NCBI GenBank assembly: GCA_963817915.1
Contig: CAWFQL010000016.1
Span: 224,001 to 288,000, forward strand
Reading direction: 5' to 3'
DNA from: an uncultured candidate division Zixibacteria bacterium
Lineage (GTDB): Bacteria > Zixibacteria > MSB-5A5 > UBA10806
Length of the DNA: 64,000 nucleotides
In this document: piece by piece, positions 43,461-53,282 of the stretch
How the letters are laid out: the number at the start of each line of letters is the position of its first letter
Position numbering within the stretch: position 1 is the stretch's first letter
The notes under the pieces: generated by a model
The model's database searches: none
What the model saw: only the letters and a program-made list of their open reading frames with translations
Told to the model about the DNA's origin: nothing
Translations under genes and position numbers: made by a program

Positions 43461-44562
43461 TAATGTTTCCTGCAATTTGATATTTTCGATAATGATAATA
43501 AGCCGCGCAGGTGCCTTCGGATGATACCATGGTCGCCCCTAATGGATGCTCGGGGTTGCATTTAGCGGCAAATGCCGTACAATCTTGCGGTTTTTTAATG
43601 CCCTGCAATATTAGTCCGCTGATACATTCGCCGGATTCATTCACTGTGTAATCGGTAACTCCGAATTTCAACTCGGCATCATATTCTGAGTATTCCTCAT
43701 TCAGTCCCAGTCCGCTTAATGGGATTTCCCCGATGCCGCGCCATTTACGGGATACGACTCTAAATATTTTTCTAATCAAATCCTGGGCGGGGATATTGCC
43801 ATCTCTTGTCACTGATCGGATATATTGATTTTCAACTTCGCATCGTCCCTGCTCCAGTTGTTTGACAGCCATATATATGCCGTGAAGAATATCAATCGGC
43901 TCGAAACCTGTAACTACTATGGGCGTTTTATATTTTTTGCAGATTGGCTCATATTCAGAATATCCCATCACCGCGCAAACATGCCCGGCGGCAAGGAATG
44001 CTTGCACTCGATTATTGGTCGATGACAATATGGCCTCGATGGCGGGCGGGACCAAGACATGAGATACTAATATGGAGAAATTCTTTATATTCTTAATTTT
44101 CGCCTGATAGACAGCCATACCGTTGGCGGGGGCGGTGGTCTCAAAACCGACCGCGAAGAAGACGACCTCTTTATTGGGATTATCAAGCGCCACTTTCAAT
44201 GAGTCCAATGGCGAATAGACAATCCTGATATCTCCTCCCAACGATTTGACCGAGAGCAGATCGGTCTTTGTTCCGGGAACTCGCAACATATCGCCAAACG
44301 AACAAAAAATGACATTCTGTCGCGAGGCTATCTCAATCGCTTTATCGATTAATTCCACGGGGGTAACACAGACCGGGCATCCGGGACCATGCACCAATGT
44401 TATTTTTTCAGGCAATAGCTCGTCGATTCCGAATTTTACAATAGAGTGAGTTTGCCCGCCGCAGACCTCCATGACTGTCCAGGGCTTAGTAGTGGCCCGC
44501 GATATTAATTCAGCCAATTTTTTGGCGGAATCGTTGTCGCGATATTCATCGATATACTTCAA
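43450..44562 (-). CDS. hypD: Hydrogenase maturation protein HypD
   Basis: 'MEVCGGQTH', '[10 protein letters not shown]', 'GFETTAP', '[11 protein letters not shown]'. Confidence 0.95.
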   Translation of the reverse strand: MKYIDEYRDNDSAKKLAELISRATTKPWTVMEVCGGQTHSIVKFGIDELLPEKITLVHGPGCPVCVTPVELIDKAIEIASRQNVIFCSFGDMLRVPGTKTDLLSVKSLGGDIRIVYSPLDSLKVALDNPNKEVVFFAVGFETTAPANGMAVYQAKIKNIKNFSILVSHVLVPPAIEAILSSTNNRVQAFLAAGHVCAVMGYSEYEPICKKYKTPIVVTGFEPIDILHGIYMAVKQLEQGRCEVENQYIRSVTRDGNIPAQDLIRKIFRVVSRKWRGIGEIPLSGLGLNEEYSEYDAELKFGVTDYTVNESGECISGLILQGIKKPQDCTAFAAKCNPEHPLGATMVSSEGTCAAYYHYRKYQIAGNINDR

Positions 44563-44813
44563 GATAGCTCACTTTCAGACGCGCCCAGTTCATCTACCTG
44601 ACGGAGATACTCGAAAACTTTTTCCGCTTCGGAATCATCGATAATACTAATGGCGAATCCCGCGTGGACAAGGACATAATTCCCGATTAAGGCATCGGGT
44701 GTGTATGCCAGACTTATTTCTTTCACTACTCCGCCGAAGCTGACCTTGCCCACGCGAAACATTGGATCTTCTCCATTAACACTAATTATTTTCCCAGGTA
44801 TCGCTAAGCACAT
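44559..44813 (-). CDS. hypC: Hydrogenase assembly chaperone HypC
   Basis: 'MCLAIPG' and '[10 protein letters not shown]'. Confidence 0.95.
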   Translation of the reverse strand: MCLAIPGKIISVNGEDPMFRVGKVSFGGVVKEISLAYTPDALIGNYVLVHAGFAISIIDDSEAEKVFEYLRQVDELGASESELS

Positions 44814-44816
44814 AAA

Positions 44817-47123
44817 TTACGCCTCTGAATTCTCTCTAACCGCGGCAACAATTTGTCCCAATGATATTCCGCCATCGTTGGTCGGGATTCTTTGATGCCA
44901 GTATGGGACAAAATCATTATTGCGCAATTGCCCAATTACTTTTTCTGTCAAATATTTATTTTGAAAACATCCGCCGCTCAAGACTACTTTCTTTTCGCCG
45001 ATCTTTTTGGAAATTTCAATAATGGATCGCGTCATCGTGTTGTGAAATTTCGCCGAAATTATTCCTGTAGCTATTTTCTCTTGAACGTCTGCCATAATTC
45101 CCATCATCATCGGCTTCCATTCAATTATGTACCTCGAGCTTGATTGCGAAATCTCCAAATCATAAAAATCATCTAATTTTTCTCCATCAATGGCGAATTC
45201 AAGCTCCATCGCGGCCTGGCCTTCGAAATTGGATTTCTGTCTGATGCCTAATAGGGATGATATTGCATCGAATATCCGTCCAACACTCGATGTTTTTGGA
45301 CAATTAATATCTTTTTTAAGCATCGTCTTCAATGTCTTGATGTCGTTCGAGGAAAATTTTTTCAGCAATGGTAAACTTTCCATTTTCCATAATTCATCGC
45401 CATAAATTTCATATAACATCCCTAACGCCGCCCGCCGCGGCTCTTTGACTGCGATTTCCCCTCCTGGCAGTGGAAAGGATCGAAATGTGCCGACTCGTTC
45501 GTATGATTTTTCATTTATCAAAAGGAATTCGCCGCCCCAGATTGTGCCATCCGGCCCATATCCGGTACCATCCCACGCGACCCCCAATACGGGCGGCTCG
45601 ATCTCATTCTCTGCCATACAAGAAAGAATATGCGCGTAGTGATGTTGAACTTTGATAGGAGTCTCAAAATACTTCATTGCTTGTCGAGTAGAAATATAAT
45701 CAGGATGCAAATCGCAGGCGACGGTATCGGGCTTAAAATCATATAATACGGATAATGTTTTCACGGCTTTATTAAATGCATCGAATGATTGAACATTCTC
45801 CAAATCGCCAATATGCTGGCTTATGAAGATATTATCTCTGATCGAAATTGAGACCGTATTTTTCAAATGCGCACCCAATGCCAGAATGGATGGCATGTTT
45901 TTTCTAGTCTGTATCGGCAATGGCGCATATCCGCGAGCCCGCCTGATTACCATCTCCCGTCCCATCATCTCACGACATATCGAATCATCCACATGGCGAG
46001 CGATCGGCCGATTATGAACCAGATAATAATCAGCAATTCCTTTCAAGCGTGAGAGGGCGTCGTCCTCATCGATACAAATAGGCTCATCAGATAAATTTCC
46101 GCTTGTTGCCACAATAGGGAAATCCAGTTCTTTCATCAGCAAAAGATGCAACGGAGAATATGGAAGCATTATTCCCAGGTATGGGTTTCCGGGCGCGACA
46201 TCATCGCAAACCAGGTGTTCGATATTCTGCTTTTTCTTTTTCAAAAGCACAATCGGCGATTCCGGCGAAATCAAGAGTCTTTCCTCTATAGATGAACTCT
46301 CGCAGATTTGCTGTGCTATTTCCAGGGTTGGCAGCATCAGCGCCAATGGTTTTTCTTCACGAATCTTTCGATTTCGCAATTTCCGAACCGAATTGTGATT
46401 ACGGGCATCTACAATCAGTTGAAACCCGCCAATCCCTTTGATTGCAACTATCTTTCCATGTCTGATAAATTCGACAGCCATCATCAATGCGTCATCATGC
46501 GATCTCAGCATTTTACCTTTTTCATCCCAAATCTCCAGATGCGGCCCACATGCTGGACAGGCATTGGGCTGAGCGTGAAATCTTCTATCGAGAGGATTAT
46601 TATATTCCGCACGGCATTCATCGCACATGATGAATTGCTTCATGGTCGTGTTAGCCCGGTCGTATGGTAATGATTCAATTATACTATATCGCGGCCCGCA
46701 ATTAGTGCAATTGGTAAATGGGTATCTATAACGGCGGTTGGATTTTTCGAATATATCCTTGACACAATCAGGGCAGGTCGCGATATCGGGCATTACTATG
46801 GTATTTTTTGGGCCAATGGTTTCGCTCTCAACTACCTGGAATTTTTCATAACCTATTGGATCCAAATACGATGGTTCCATGCTTTGAATAAATGATCTTG
46901 GAGGCTTTTCAGAATTGATCCGATTTATGAAATGCTGCAGTTCTTCAGAATTTCCATCGATTTCAATGACGACGCCTTGCGCCGAATTGTTTACATAGCC
47001 ATTTAATCCCATTTCTGTCGCCAGCCTGAAAACAAACGGCCTGAATCCAACCCCTTGAACGGCGCCCCTTATAACAAGCCTGAGCCGTTGCTTCCTGCCC
47101 ATTGTTAAATTATCTTGCCGCAT
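44817..47123 (-). CDS. hypF: Carbamoyltransferase HypF
   Basis: 'GAVQGVGFRPFV', zinc fingers 'CTNCGPR' and 'CPACGP', 'DLHPDY', 'QHHYAH', 'NDGGISLGQ'. Confidence 0.95.
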   Translation of the reverse strand: MRQDNLTMGRKQRLRLVIRGAVQGVGFRPFVFRLATEMGLNGYVNNSAQGVVIEIDGNSEELQHFINRINSEKPPRSFIQSMEPSYLDPIGYEKFQVVESETIGPKNTIVMPDIATCPDCVKDIFEKSNRRYRYPFTNCTNCGPRYSIIESLPYDRANTTMKQFIMCDECRAEYNNPLDRRFHAQPNACPACGPHLEIWDEKGKMLRSHDDALMMAVEFIRHGKIVAIKGIGGFQLIVDARNHNSVRKLRNRKIREEKPLALMLPTLEIAQQICESSSIEERLLISPESPIVLLKKKKQNIEHLVCDDVAPGNPYLGIMLPYSPLHLLLMKELDFPIVATSGNLSDEPICIDEDDALSRLKGIADYYLVHNRPIARHVDDSICREMMGREMVIRRARGYAPLPIQTRKNMPSILALGAHLKNTVSISIRDNIFISQHIGDLENVQSFDAFNKAVKTLSVLYDFKPDTVACDLHPDYISTRQAMKYFETPIKVQHHYAHILSCMAENEIEPPVLGVAWDGTGYGPDGTIWGGEFLLINEKSYERVGTFRSFPLPGGEIAVKEPRRAALGMLYEIYGDELWKMESLPLLKKFSSNDIKTLKTMLKKDINCPKTSSVGRIFDAISSLLGIRQKSNFEGQAAMELEFAIDGEKLDDFYDLEISQSSSRYIIEWKPMMMGIMADVQEKIATGIISAKFHNTMTRSIIEISKKIGEKKVVLSGGCFQNKYLTEKVIGQLRNNDFVPYWHQRIPTNDGGISLGQIVAAVRENSEA

Positions 47124-47128
47124 TCTGA

Positions 47129-47641
47129 TTATAACCGCTGAATATCCTCTATAATTTCATTTAGTATTTTAGGCATGACGGCTTCGATTTCAGGTGTCAA
47201 TCCCACTCCCTCATCAAAGGCTTTCCCTTCGATCCCATAAACAATTAGCTTTAGCGGCAGTTTTTGCAATGTCCACGCCATCTCAATTGCCTCTATTATT
47301 CCAAACGAATGGGTCGAAAGCTGTCCGAATATGCTTATCGGCAATGATTCTTCAATGGCGTCATATCGATGTATTGCGCCCGGCTGGGAATCGCAATAGG
47401 CCGCGTCAATAAGTACAACTTTATCTTCCGGCATCCATGAGTTCATAAGCGCCAAACCATCACCATTGGATTCCATGATTATAACATTTTTAAGCTGATG
47501 ATCTCTTAACTTGCGAGCAATTGCCAAACCGATTCCGTCATCGCCGCGGAATTCATTGCCGATGCCAATAACAATTATTTTGGTTTTTTGATCGATTCTA
47601 TCTTTTCCCAAGTCATCGGTCATCAGGCCATTCCCCATCAC
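47129..47641 (-). CDS. Hydrogenase maturation protease (HyaD/HycI family)
   Basis: 'IGIGNEFRGDDGIG', 'LIDA', 'STH'. Confidence 0.9.
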   Translation of the reverse strand: MMGNGLMTDDLGKDRIDQKTKIIVIGIGNEFRGDDGIGLAIARKLRDHQLKNVIIMESNGDGLALMNSWMPEDKVVLIDAAYCDSQPGAIHRYDAIEESLPISIFGQLSTHSFGIIEAIEMAWTLQKLPLKLIVYGIEGKAFDEGVGLTPEIEAVMPKILNEIIEDIQRL

Positions 47642-47809
47642 GCATCACTACCCATTACCGCCTCTATTTCATGCTCAAATTATGAAATAACCGCTCCGCT
47701 CTACCTAATGCAAGGCTTATTTGCCTTTATTGCACCAAACAAAATAGCTCGATAATGGTGACCTAATTCTGTGTTCGTAAATCGCTATTTCGCCCAATAT
47801 ATTTACCGG

Positions 47810-48052
47810 TCAATACTTTTCAAATGGATAGATAATCTTGTCGTCATAGATTACCCTGATAATTCGATGAAAGGGGATAATATTACCGCCCTGCGAGATG
47901 TTTTTTGATTCAATATCACATAATATCAGCGGCGCCCAGCCGATACCATTCGCGGAATCAAAATCCTTATACTCGATCTTACAAAGAGTTTGATCGAAAG
48001 TCTGGTCATGCTTGATACGATTAAGCAAATCTCGAAGCGGATTCTTTGTCAT
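47810..48052 (-). CDS. DUF504/UPF0248 (MJ1316-like) small protein
   Basis: 'LRDLLNRIKHD', 'IEYKD', signature 'IPFHRI'. Confidence 0.7.
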   Translation of the reverse strand: MTKNPLRDLLNRIKHDQTFDQTLCKIEYKDFDSANGIGWAPLILCDIESKNISQGGNIIPFHRIIRVIYDDKIIYPFEKY

Positions 48053-48067
48053 GTGATGAGATTAATT

Positions 48068-48283
48068 TCAAGACAGTCCGGTTTTTTTGGCTTCGCCCGT
48101 GCTGAATTTAAATGGCAAATATCCAGGGCAATACCGAAACAATCCAGTTAGCAACGCCAAGACGCCCAGTATTATGAATATGACCGACAAAACTGCCTCA
48201 AGTGCAAATATACCCAACACTAAAAATACTATCCCGACAATAATCCTGATTACCCGATCAGCTCCACCAACATTCGCCACCAT
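48068..48283 (-). CDS. DUF2892 (YgaP-like) membrane protein
   Basis: 'NVGGADR.IRI', two TM segments, 'TGLFRYCPGY'. GGAGG RBS. Confidence 0.85.
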   Translation of the reverse strand: MVANVGGADRVIRIIVGIVFLVLGIFALEAVLSVIFIILGVLALLTGLFRYCPGYLPFKFSTGEAKKTGLS

Positions 48284-48496
48284 ACCTCACCTCCATCGAT
48301 TGGTTCATACCGATTCTCACTTTCTCCATATTTTATCATTGCTATTACCAATTGTCCACTATGGTAATAAGATTTTTGGTATTCTTGCTTCTTGATTTGC
48401 ATTTATTTATATTACCCGGTTGTTCGAGCGGCTTGGACCGCAGCCATCAAAGAAGATGGGGGTAATATGGCATTAGAGAATATCAACCATGCCCGC

Positions 48497-48643
48497 GCCG
48501 GTTCCGCCCTGTCGATAAATCGACAGGTGAAACCCGACAGTGACTAAATCAGTTCAGTGCTCTAAATATGAAATCGATAGTTTACAAGATAAGTACCCGA
48601 AAGAGAAGTCGGGTTTCCACGACCGAAGGTCGGCGGAACCGGC
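48497..48643. repeat. Inverted pair of composite REP-like elements
   Basis: Left GCCGGTTCCGCC-[CTGTCGATAAATCGACAG]-GTGAAACCCGAC; right GTCGGGTTTCCAC-[GACCGAAGGTC]-GGCGGAACCGGC. Confidence 0.75.
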
Positions 48644-48666
48644 CCGGTGAATCGCAATAAAAATGC

Positions 48667-48695
48667 TTGACCGGGAATTATCTGCACATTATAAT
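48667..48695 (+). promoter_or_regulatory. Sigma70 promoter of uvrA
   Basis: TTGACC-N17-TATAAT. Confidence 0.75.
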
Positions 48696-48756
48696 AATGC
48701 ACCTATGGGCAGGCATTCGACAGTAACAGATTTAACAGTTTATAGGATAATAAGTT

Positions 48757-51585
48757 ATGCCACCTGAAAATATAGTAGTTAAAGGCGCTCGCGAGCACAA
48801 TCTCAAAAATATCGATGTCACTATTCCACGATCCAAGCTTGTGGTAATAACAGGTTTATCGGGTTCGGGAAAGTCATCGTTGGCATTTGATACGCTTTAC
48901 GCCGAGGGCCAGCGACGATATGTAGAATCGCTTTCAGCCTATGCCCGCCAATTCCTTGGATTGATGGAAAAACCTGATGTCGATTTTATCGACGGTCTTT
49001 CGCCGGCAATTTCGATTGAGCAACGGACTTCCGCAAGAAATCCTCGTTCTACTGTCGGGACTGTCACAGAAATATACGATTACCTTCGTTTACTCTATGC
49101 TCGAATCGGGACTCCTCATTGCTATAAATGCGGCAAGCCAATCACTCAGCAGACAGTTCAGCAAATAGCCGACACCATCATGGAGCTTCCTGAAAATAGC
49201 CGTATCCAGATCCTGGGCCCGCTTATCCGTGGCAGAAAAGGTGAATACCGTGAGATATTCGAGGAAGTCAAAAAAAGCGGATTTGTTCGGGTTCGGGTTG
49301 ATAGCAAGGTATATGATATCGAAGAAACTCCAACGCTTGACAAGCAGAAAAAGCATTCTATCGAGGTTGTAGTTGATCGTCTTGTAGTAAAAAATGGTAT
49401 TAAAAAAAGATTGACCGATTCATTGGAGACCGCGCTGAAGCTTGGAAGTGGAATGGTCATTATCGATCAAGCGGGACAAAGAGATGCCATCTATTCGGAA
49501 AATTTCGCCTGCCAGGATTGCGGGATATCGTATGAAGAGCCTGCCCCCCGAATGTTTTCATTCAATTCCCCGTTCGGTGCTTGTCCGACTTGTCTGGGGC
49601 TTGGCTTCAAGATGGAGGTTGACCCCGATCTGGTTGTCCCGGATAGAACGATTTCAATAGCCCAGGGCGCAATTGTCCCCTGGGGTGTTCCGCGTGGCAC
49701 ATATTATTTTGGAATGATTCGCGCCGTATCGGATCATTATGGATTCTCATTGAGGAAGCCATATAAGGAGCTGCCGGAAAAGGCACAGAAAATCCTATTA
49801 TTTGGTTCGGGCAAAGACGAAATCAGATTCTCATTCGAGCATAGCGAGGGCAAGGGACTCTGGGAGCATACCAATCGCTTCGAGGGAGTCGTCAACAATC
49901 TCAAACGGCGTTATCGTCAGACCGAATCGACCGGTATTCGTGAATGGATTGAAAAATTCATGGCTATCAAGCCTTGCGATGAATGTCATGGAGCCCGTCT
50001 CAAAAAGGAAGCGTTAGCTGTAAAAATCGAAGGGAAATCTATTTCCGAGGTCACATCCTATTCAGTTAAGATCGCCAATGCCTTCTTTGAGAATATGAAA
50101 TTAAACCAGCGTCAGAAAATTATTGCCAAACAAATCTTGAAAGAGATTAAAGAACGCTTGACTTTTTTGGTCAACGTTGGCCTCGATTATTTAACATTGG
50201 ATCGTTCAGCGCAAACACTCTCTGGCGGCGAAGCGCAAAGAATTAGATTAGCCACTCAAATCGGATCGCGATTGACCGGAGTGCTTTATATTCTCGATGA
50301 ACCGTCTATCGGCCTCCACCAACGGGACAATCATCGTCTTTTGGAAACATTGATTTCCCTCCGCGATATTGGCAATACGGTCTTGGTTGTCGAACACGAT
50401 CGCCAGACGATCGAATCCGCCGACTATGTGGTCGATCTCGGCCCGGGAGCGGGCAAGCTCGGCGGCGAAATAGTCGCAGAGGGTACGCCCGCAAAGATAA
50501 TGCAATCATCAAAATCCCTTACCGGCAAATATCTTTCCGGTAAACTAAAGATCGAAATTCCCAATGAACGAAGGAAAGGGAGCGGCGACAAAATCAATCT
50601 CAAGGGCGCTCGAGGCAACAATCTGAAGAAAATCAATGTCGAGTTTCCACTCGGGAGATTGATCTGTATTACAGGTGTATCCGGCAGCGGCAAATCAACT
50701 CTTATCAATGAAACCCTATATAGAATACTGTCGCGCGAATTTTACGGCTCCAAAACCCCGGCACTACTATATGATGAAGTAATCGGCTTGAAACATATCG
50801 ATAAAGTGGTGAATATCGACCAATCGCCGATAGGCAGAACACCACGAAGCAATCCCGCGACTTACACCGGTCTCTTCGCGCCAATACGCGACATATATGC
50901 CATGCTCCCCGATTCCAAGGTTCGCGGTTACGGCCCTGGACGGTTTTCATTCAATGTCAAGGGCGGCCGTTGCGAGGCTTGCGAGGGTGATGGCATAATT
51001 AAAATTGAGATGCATTTCCTGCCGGATGTCTATGTCCCCTGCGAGACCTGCAAAGGTGCACGCTACAACCGCGATACATTGGAGATCAAATACAAAGGCA
51101 AATCTATTTCCGAAGTTCTCGATATGACTGTTGAAGAAGCGCTGATATTTTTCGATCGCATCCCCCGTGTCCGACGAAAATTGGAGACATTAAAAGGTGT
51201 CGGCCTGGGATATATCCATCTCGGTCAGCAGGCTACAACTCTTTCTGGCGGCGAGGCCCAACGAATCAAGCTTTCGACCGAGCTTTCTAAGGTCGCTACC
51301 GGCAACACATTTTATATTCTCGATGAGCCGACGACCGGACTCCATTTCGAGGATATCAAGATGCTTTTGATTGTTCTTAATACGTTAGTCGATAGAGGCA
51401 ATACGGTGCTTGTGATCGAGCACAATCTCGATGTTATCAAGACCGCCGATTGGATTATCGATCTTGGTCCCGAGGGCGGCGATGATGGCGGACGAATTGT
51501 AGCAGTCGGCACTCCCGAGCAAGTCGCCCAAGTCGATTCCAGCTACACCGGCCAATTCCTGAAAGAAGAGCTGGGAATAAAATAA
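48757..51585 (+). CDS. uvrA: Excinuclease ABC subunit A
   Basis: '[10 protein letters not shown]', '[23 protein letters not shown]', zinc fingers, two 'LSGGEAQRI' motifs. Confidence 0.98.
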   Translation: MPPENIVVKGAREHNLKNIDVTIPRSKLVVITGLSGSGKSSLAFDTLYAEGQRRYVESLSAYARQFLGLMEKPDVDFIDGLSPAISIEQRTSARNPRSTVGTVTEIYDYLRLLYARIGTPHCYKCGKPITQQTVQQIADTIMELPENSRIQILGPLIRGRKGEYREIFEEVKKSGFVRVRVDSKVYDIEETPTLDKQKKHSIEVVVDRLVVKNGIKKRLTDSLETALKLGSGMVIIDQAGQRDAIYSENFACQDCGISYEEPAPRMFSFNSPFGACPTCLGLGFKMEVDPDLVVPDRTISIAQGAIVPWGVPRGTYYFGMIRAVSDHYGFSLRKPYKELPEKAQKILLFGSGKDEIRFSFEHSEGKGLWEHTNRFEGVVNNLKRRYRQTESTGIREWIEKFMAIKPCDECHGARLKKEALAVKIEGKSISEVTSYSVKIANAFFENMKLNQRQKIIAKQILKEIKERLTFLVNVGLDYLTLDRSAQTLSGGEAQRIRLATQIGSRLTGVLYILDEPSIGLHQRDNHRLLETLISLRDIGNTVLVVEHDRQTIESADYVVDLGPGAGKLGGEIVAEGTPAKIMQSSKSLTGKYLSGKLKIEIPNERRKGSGDKINLKGARGNNLKKINVEFPLGRLICITGVSGSGKSTLINETLYRILSREFYGSKTPALLYDEVIGLKHIDKVVNIDQSPIGRTPRSNPATYTGLFAPIRDIYAMLPDSKVRGYGPGRFSFNVKGGRCEACEGDGIIKIEMHFLPDVYVPCETCKGARYNRDTLEIKYKGKSISEVLDMTVEEALIFFDRIPRVRRKLETLKGVGLGYIHLGQQATTLSGGEAQRIKLSTELSKVATGNTFYILDEPTTGLHFEDIKMLLIVLNTLVDRGNTVLVIEHNLDVIKTADWIIDLGPEGGDDGGRIVAVGTPEQVAQVDSSYTGQFLKEELGIK

Positions 51586-51605
51586 GGTTTTATGATTAAT
51601 TACTA

Positions 51606-51633
51606 TTGACTTGTTATGCGTATTCATGATAAT
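51606..51633 (+). promoter_or_regulatory. Possible sigma70 promoter for tcmP
   Basis: TTGACT-N16-GATAAT, 13 nt before an ATG that has no SD. Confidence 0.35.
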
Positions 51634-51646
51634 TTTTTAAAAATCT

Positions 51647-52543
51647 ATGAATAATCCAAATTGCAAAACCTGTTCTAAAAAAGAATATAAAACAATAGAC
51701 AATTGCCAAAAGTTTGTCGCGGATGACGGCCTGACAGCCCGTTGTGCTCCTCCTTGGACAAGCCAAAAACATAAACCGATAGGTGTATATTCGGAAATGA
51801 TAACGGAAGGGATGAAAAATAAATGGCGTGAAATAAATTATATAGATCTATATGCTGGGCCAGGCAAATATTTTGATCGGACCTCAGGAATTCTAATGGA
51901 TGGGTCACCATTAATTGCCTCAAAACTAAAATTTGACAATCTCTATCTTAATGATATAAAAAAAGAAAATGTTGATGCTCTTGAAAAACGTCTTGATGGT
52001 AGCGGAGCTAATCTACATCTTTTTTGTGATGATGCGAATGCTGTTGCCGGAAAAATCAACTCCCTACTATTGGGCAATTCCCTAAGCTTTTGTTTATTGG
52101 ATCCTAATAATATGAGTGACCTTAATTTTGATACTGTCAGGGCAATTTCAGCTAACAAAAAGAAAGTCGATCTTATGATTAATTTTGCATATGGGATGGA
52201 TTTTCAAAGATTTTCGCGGAACAAAAAATTTGAAAAGAAACAAGGAAAAATCGATTTGTTCTTTCCTTCAAATGAGTGGCGCCAAATAGAAGATAGCCAT
52301 CAAAAACGAAAAATACAATTTAGAGCCGAAAAACTAATAGATTTCTATACATCTGGATTATATCGGCTGGGATATGAAAGACCTCCCGAAGAAACCAAAT
52401 ACAAGAACTATTTTGAAATTCACAATACAAGAAATGGTAATCTTTATTATCTCATTTTCGCAAGTAAACATAAGAGAGGATATGATTTTTGTGCAAAAAT
52501 GAGGCCATACGGAAAAAATCAGACTGAATTGGATTTTAATTAA
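51647..52543 (+). CDS. tcmP: Three-Cys-motif partner protein (TcmP; SAM methyltransferase-like fold)
   Basis: 'WTSQKH', 'YIDLYAGPGKY', 'DGSPLIA', 'FCLLDP', 'DLMINF', 'YYLIFASKHKRG'. Adjacent to a DUF5131 gene. Confidence 0.8.
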   Translation: MNNPNCKTCSKKEYKTIDNCQKFVADDGLTARCAPPWTSQKHKPIGVYSEMITEGMKNKWREINYIDLYAGPGKYFDRTSGILMDGSPLIASKLKFDNLYLNDIKKENVDALEKRLDGSGANLHLFCDDANAVAGKINSLLLGNSLSFCLLDPNNMSDLNFDTVRAISANKKKVDLMINFAYGMDFQRFSRNKKFEKKQGKIDLFFPSNEWRQIEDSHQKRKIQFRAEKLIDFYTSGLYRLGYERPPEETKYKNYFEIHNTRNGNLYYLIFASKHKRGYDFCAKMRPYGKNQTELDFN

Positions 52544-52544
52544 A

Positions 52545-53267
52545 ATGGCAGCCATATCCAAAATTGAATGGACTGAATCATCCTGGAACCCCGTAACCGG
52601 ATGCGATAGAGTAAGCCCCGGATGCGCTCATTGCTATGCCGAACGCATGGCTCACCGCCTGCAACGAATCGGTCAAATTCGATATAGAGATGGATTCAGA
52701 GTTACATTGCAAGAGGATTTAATTGATCTCCCCTTAAAATGGAAAAGGCCAAGACTCATTTTTGTAAATTCGATGGGAGATTTATTTCATGAAAACATTC
52801 CGGACGAATTCATTTTCAATATTTTTCAGACAATGCAAATGGCTTCCTGGCACATTTTTCAAATTCTGACGAAAAGATCTGAAAGGCTAATGAAACTAAG
52901 CCATTTAATAGATTGGCCGGAAAATGTCTGGATGGGGGTCACTGCGGAATCGTTCAAATACATTGACCGAATAAAGGATCTGCAGAAAGTCCCGGCTAAA
53001 GTGAAATTTGTTTCAATGGAACCTCTTTTGGGCCCTATTCCTAAATTCCCATATAAAAATATAGATTGGGTTATAGTTGGCGGTGAGTCGGGCCCGAAAT
53101 CCAGACCGATGGAGGAAAATTGGGTCCTGGAAATTAGAAATCAATGCAAAGCTAATGATATTCCCTTTTTCTTCAAACAATGGGGCGGCGTTCACAAGAA
53201 GAAAAATGGCAGGCTTTTAGAAGGCAAGATATGGGATGAGACGCCCAAAATCGAATACGTCTATTAA
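52545..53267 (+). CDS. DUF5131 (phage Gp37/Gp68) radical-SAM-like protein
   Basis: 'SKIEWTESSWNPVTGCDRVSPGCAHCYAE' (Cx6Cx2C), 'IFVNSMGDLFH', 'QILTKR', 'EPLLG', 'WVIVGGESG', 'FFKQWGG'. Confidence 0.9.
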   Translation: MAAISKIEWTESSWNPVTGCDRVSPGCAHCYAERMAHRLQRIGQIRYRDGFRVTLQEDLIDLPLKWKRPRLIFVNSMGDLFHENIPDEFIFNIFQTMQMASWHIFQILTKRSERLMKLSHLIDWPENVWMGVTAESFKYIDRIKDLQKVPAKVKFVSMEPLLGPIPKFPYKNIDWVIVGGESGPKSRPMEENWVLEIRNQCKANDIPFFFKQWGGVHKKKNGRLLEGKIWDETPKIEYVY

Positions 53268-53282
53268 TTAATCTTTCTTTTC

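Noticed and set aside
51647..53267. Prophage, suggested by the Gp37/Gp68 family name
   Set aside because: No integrase, structural or replication phage genes, and no att repeats seen nearby.
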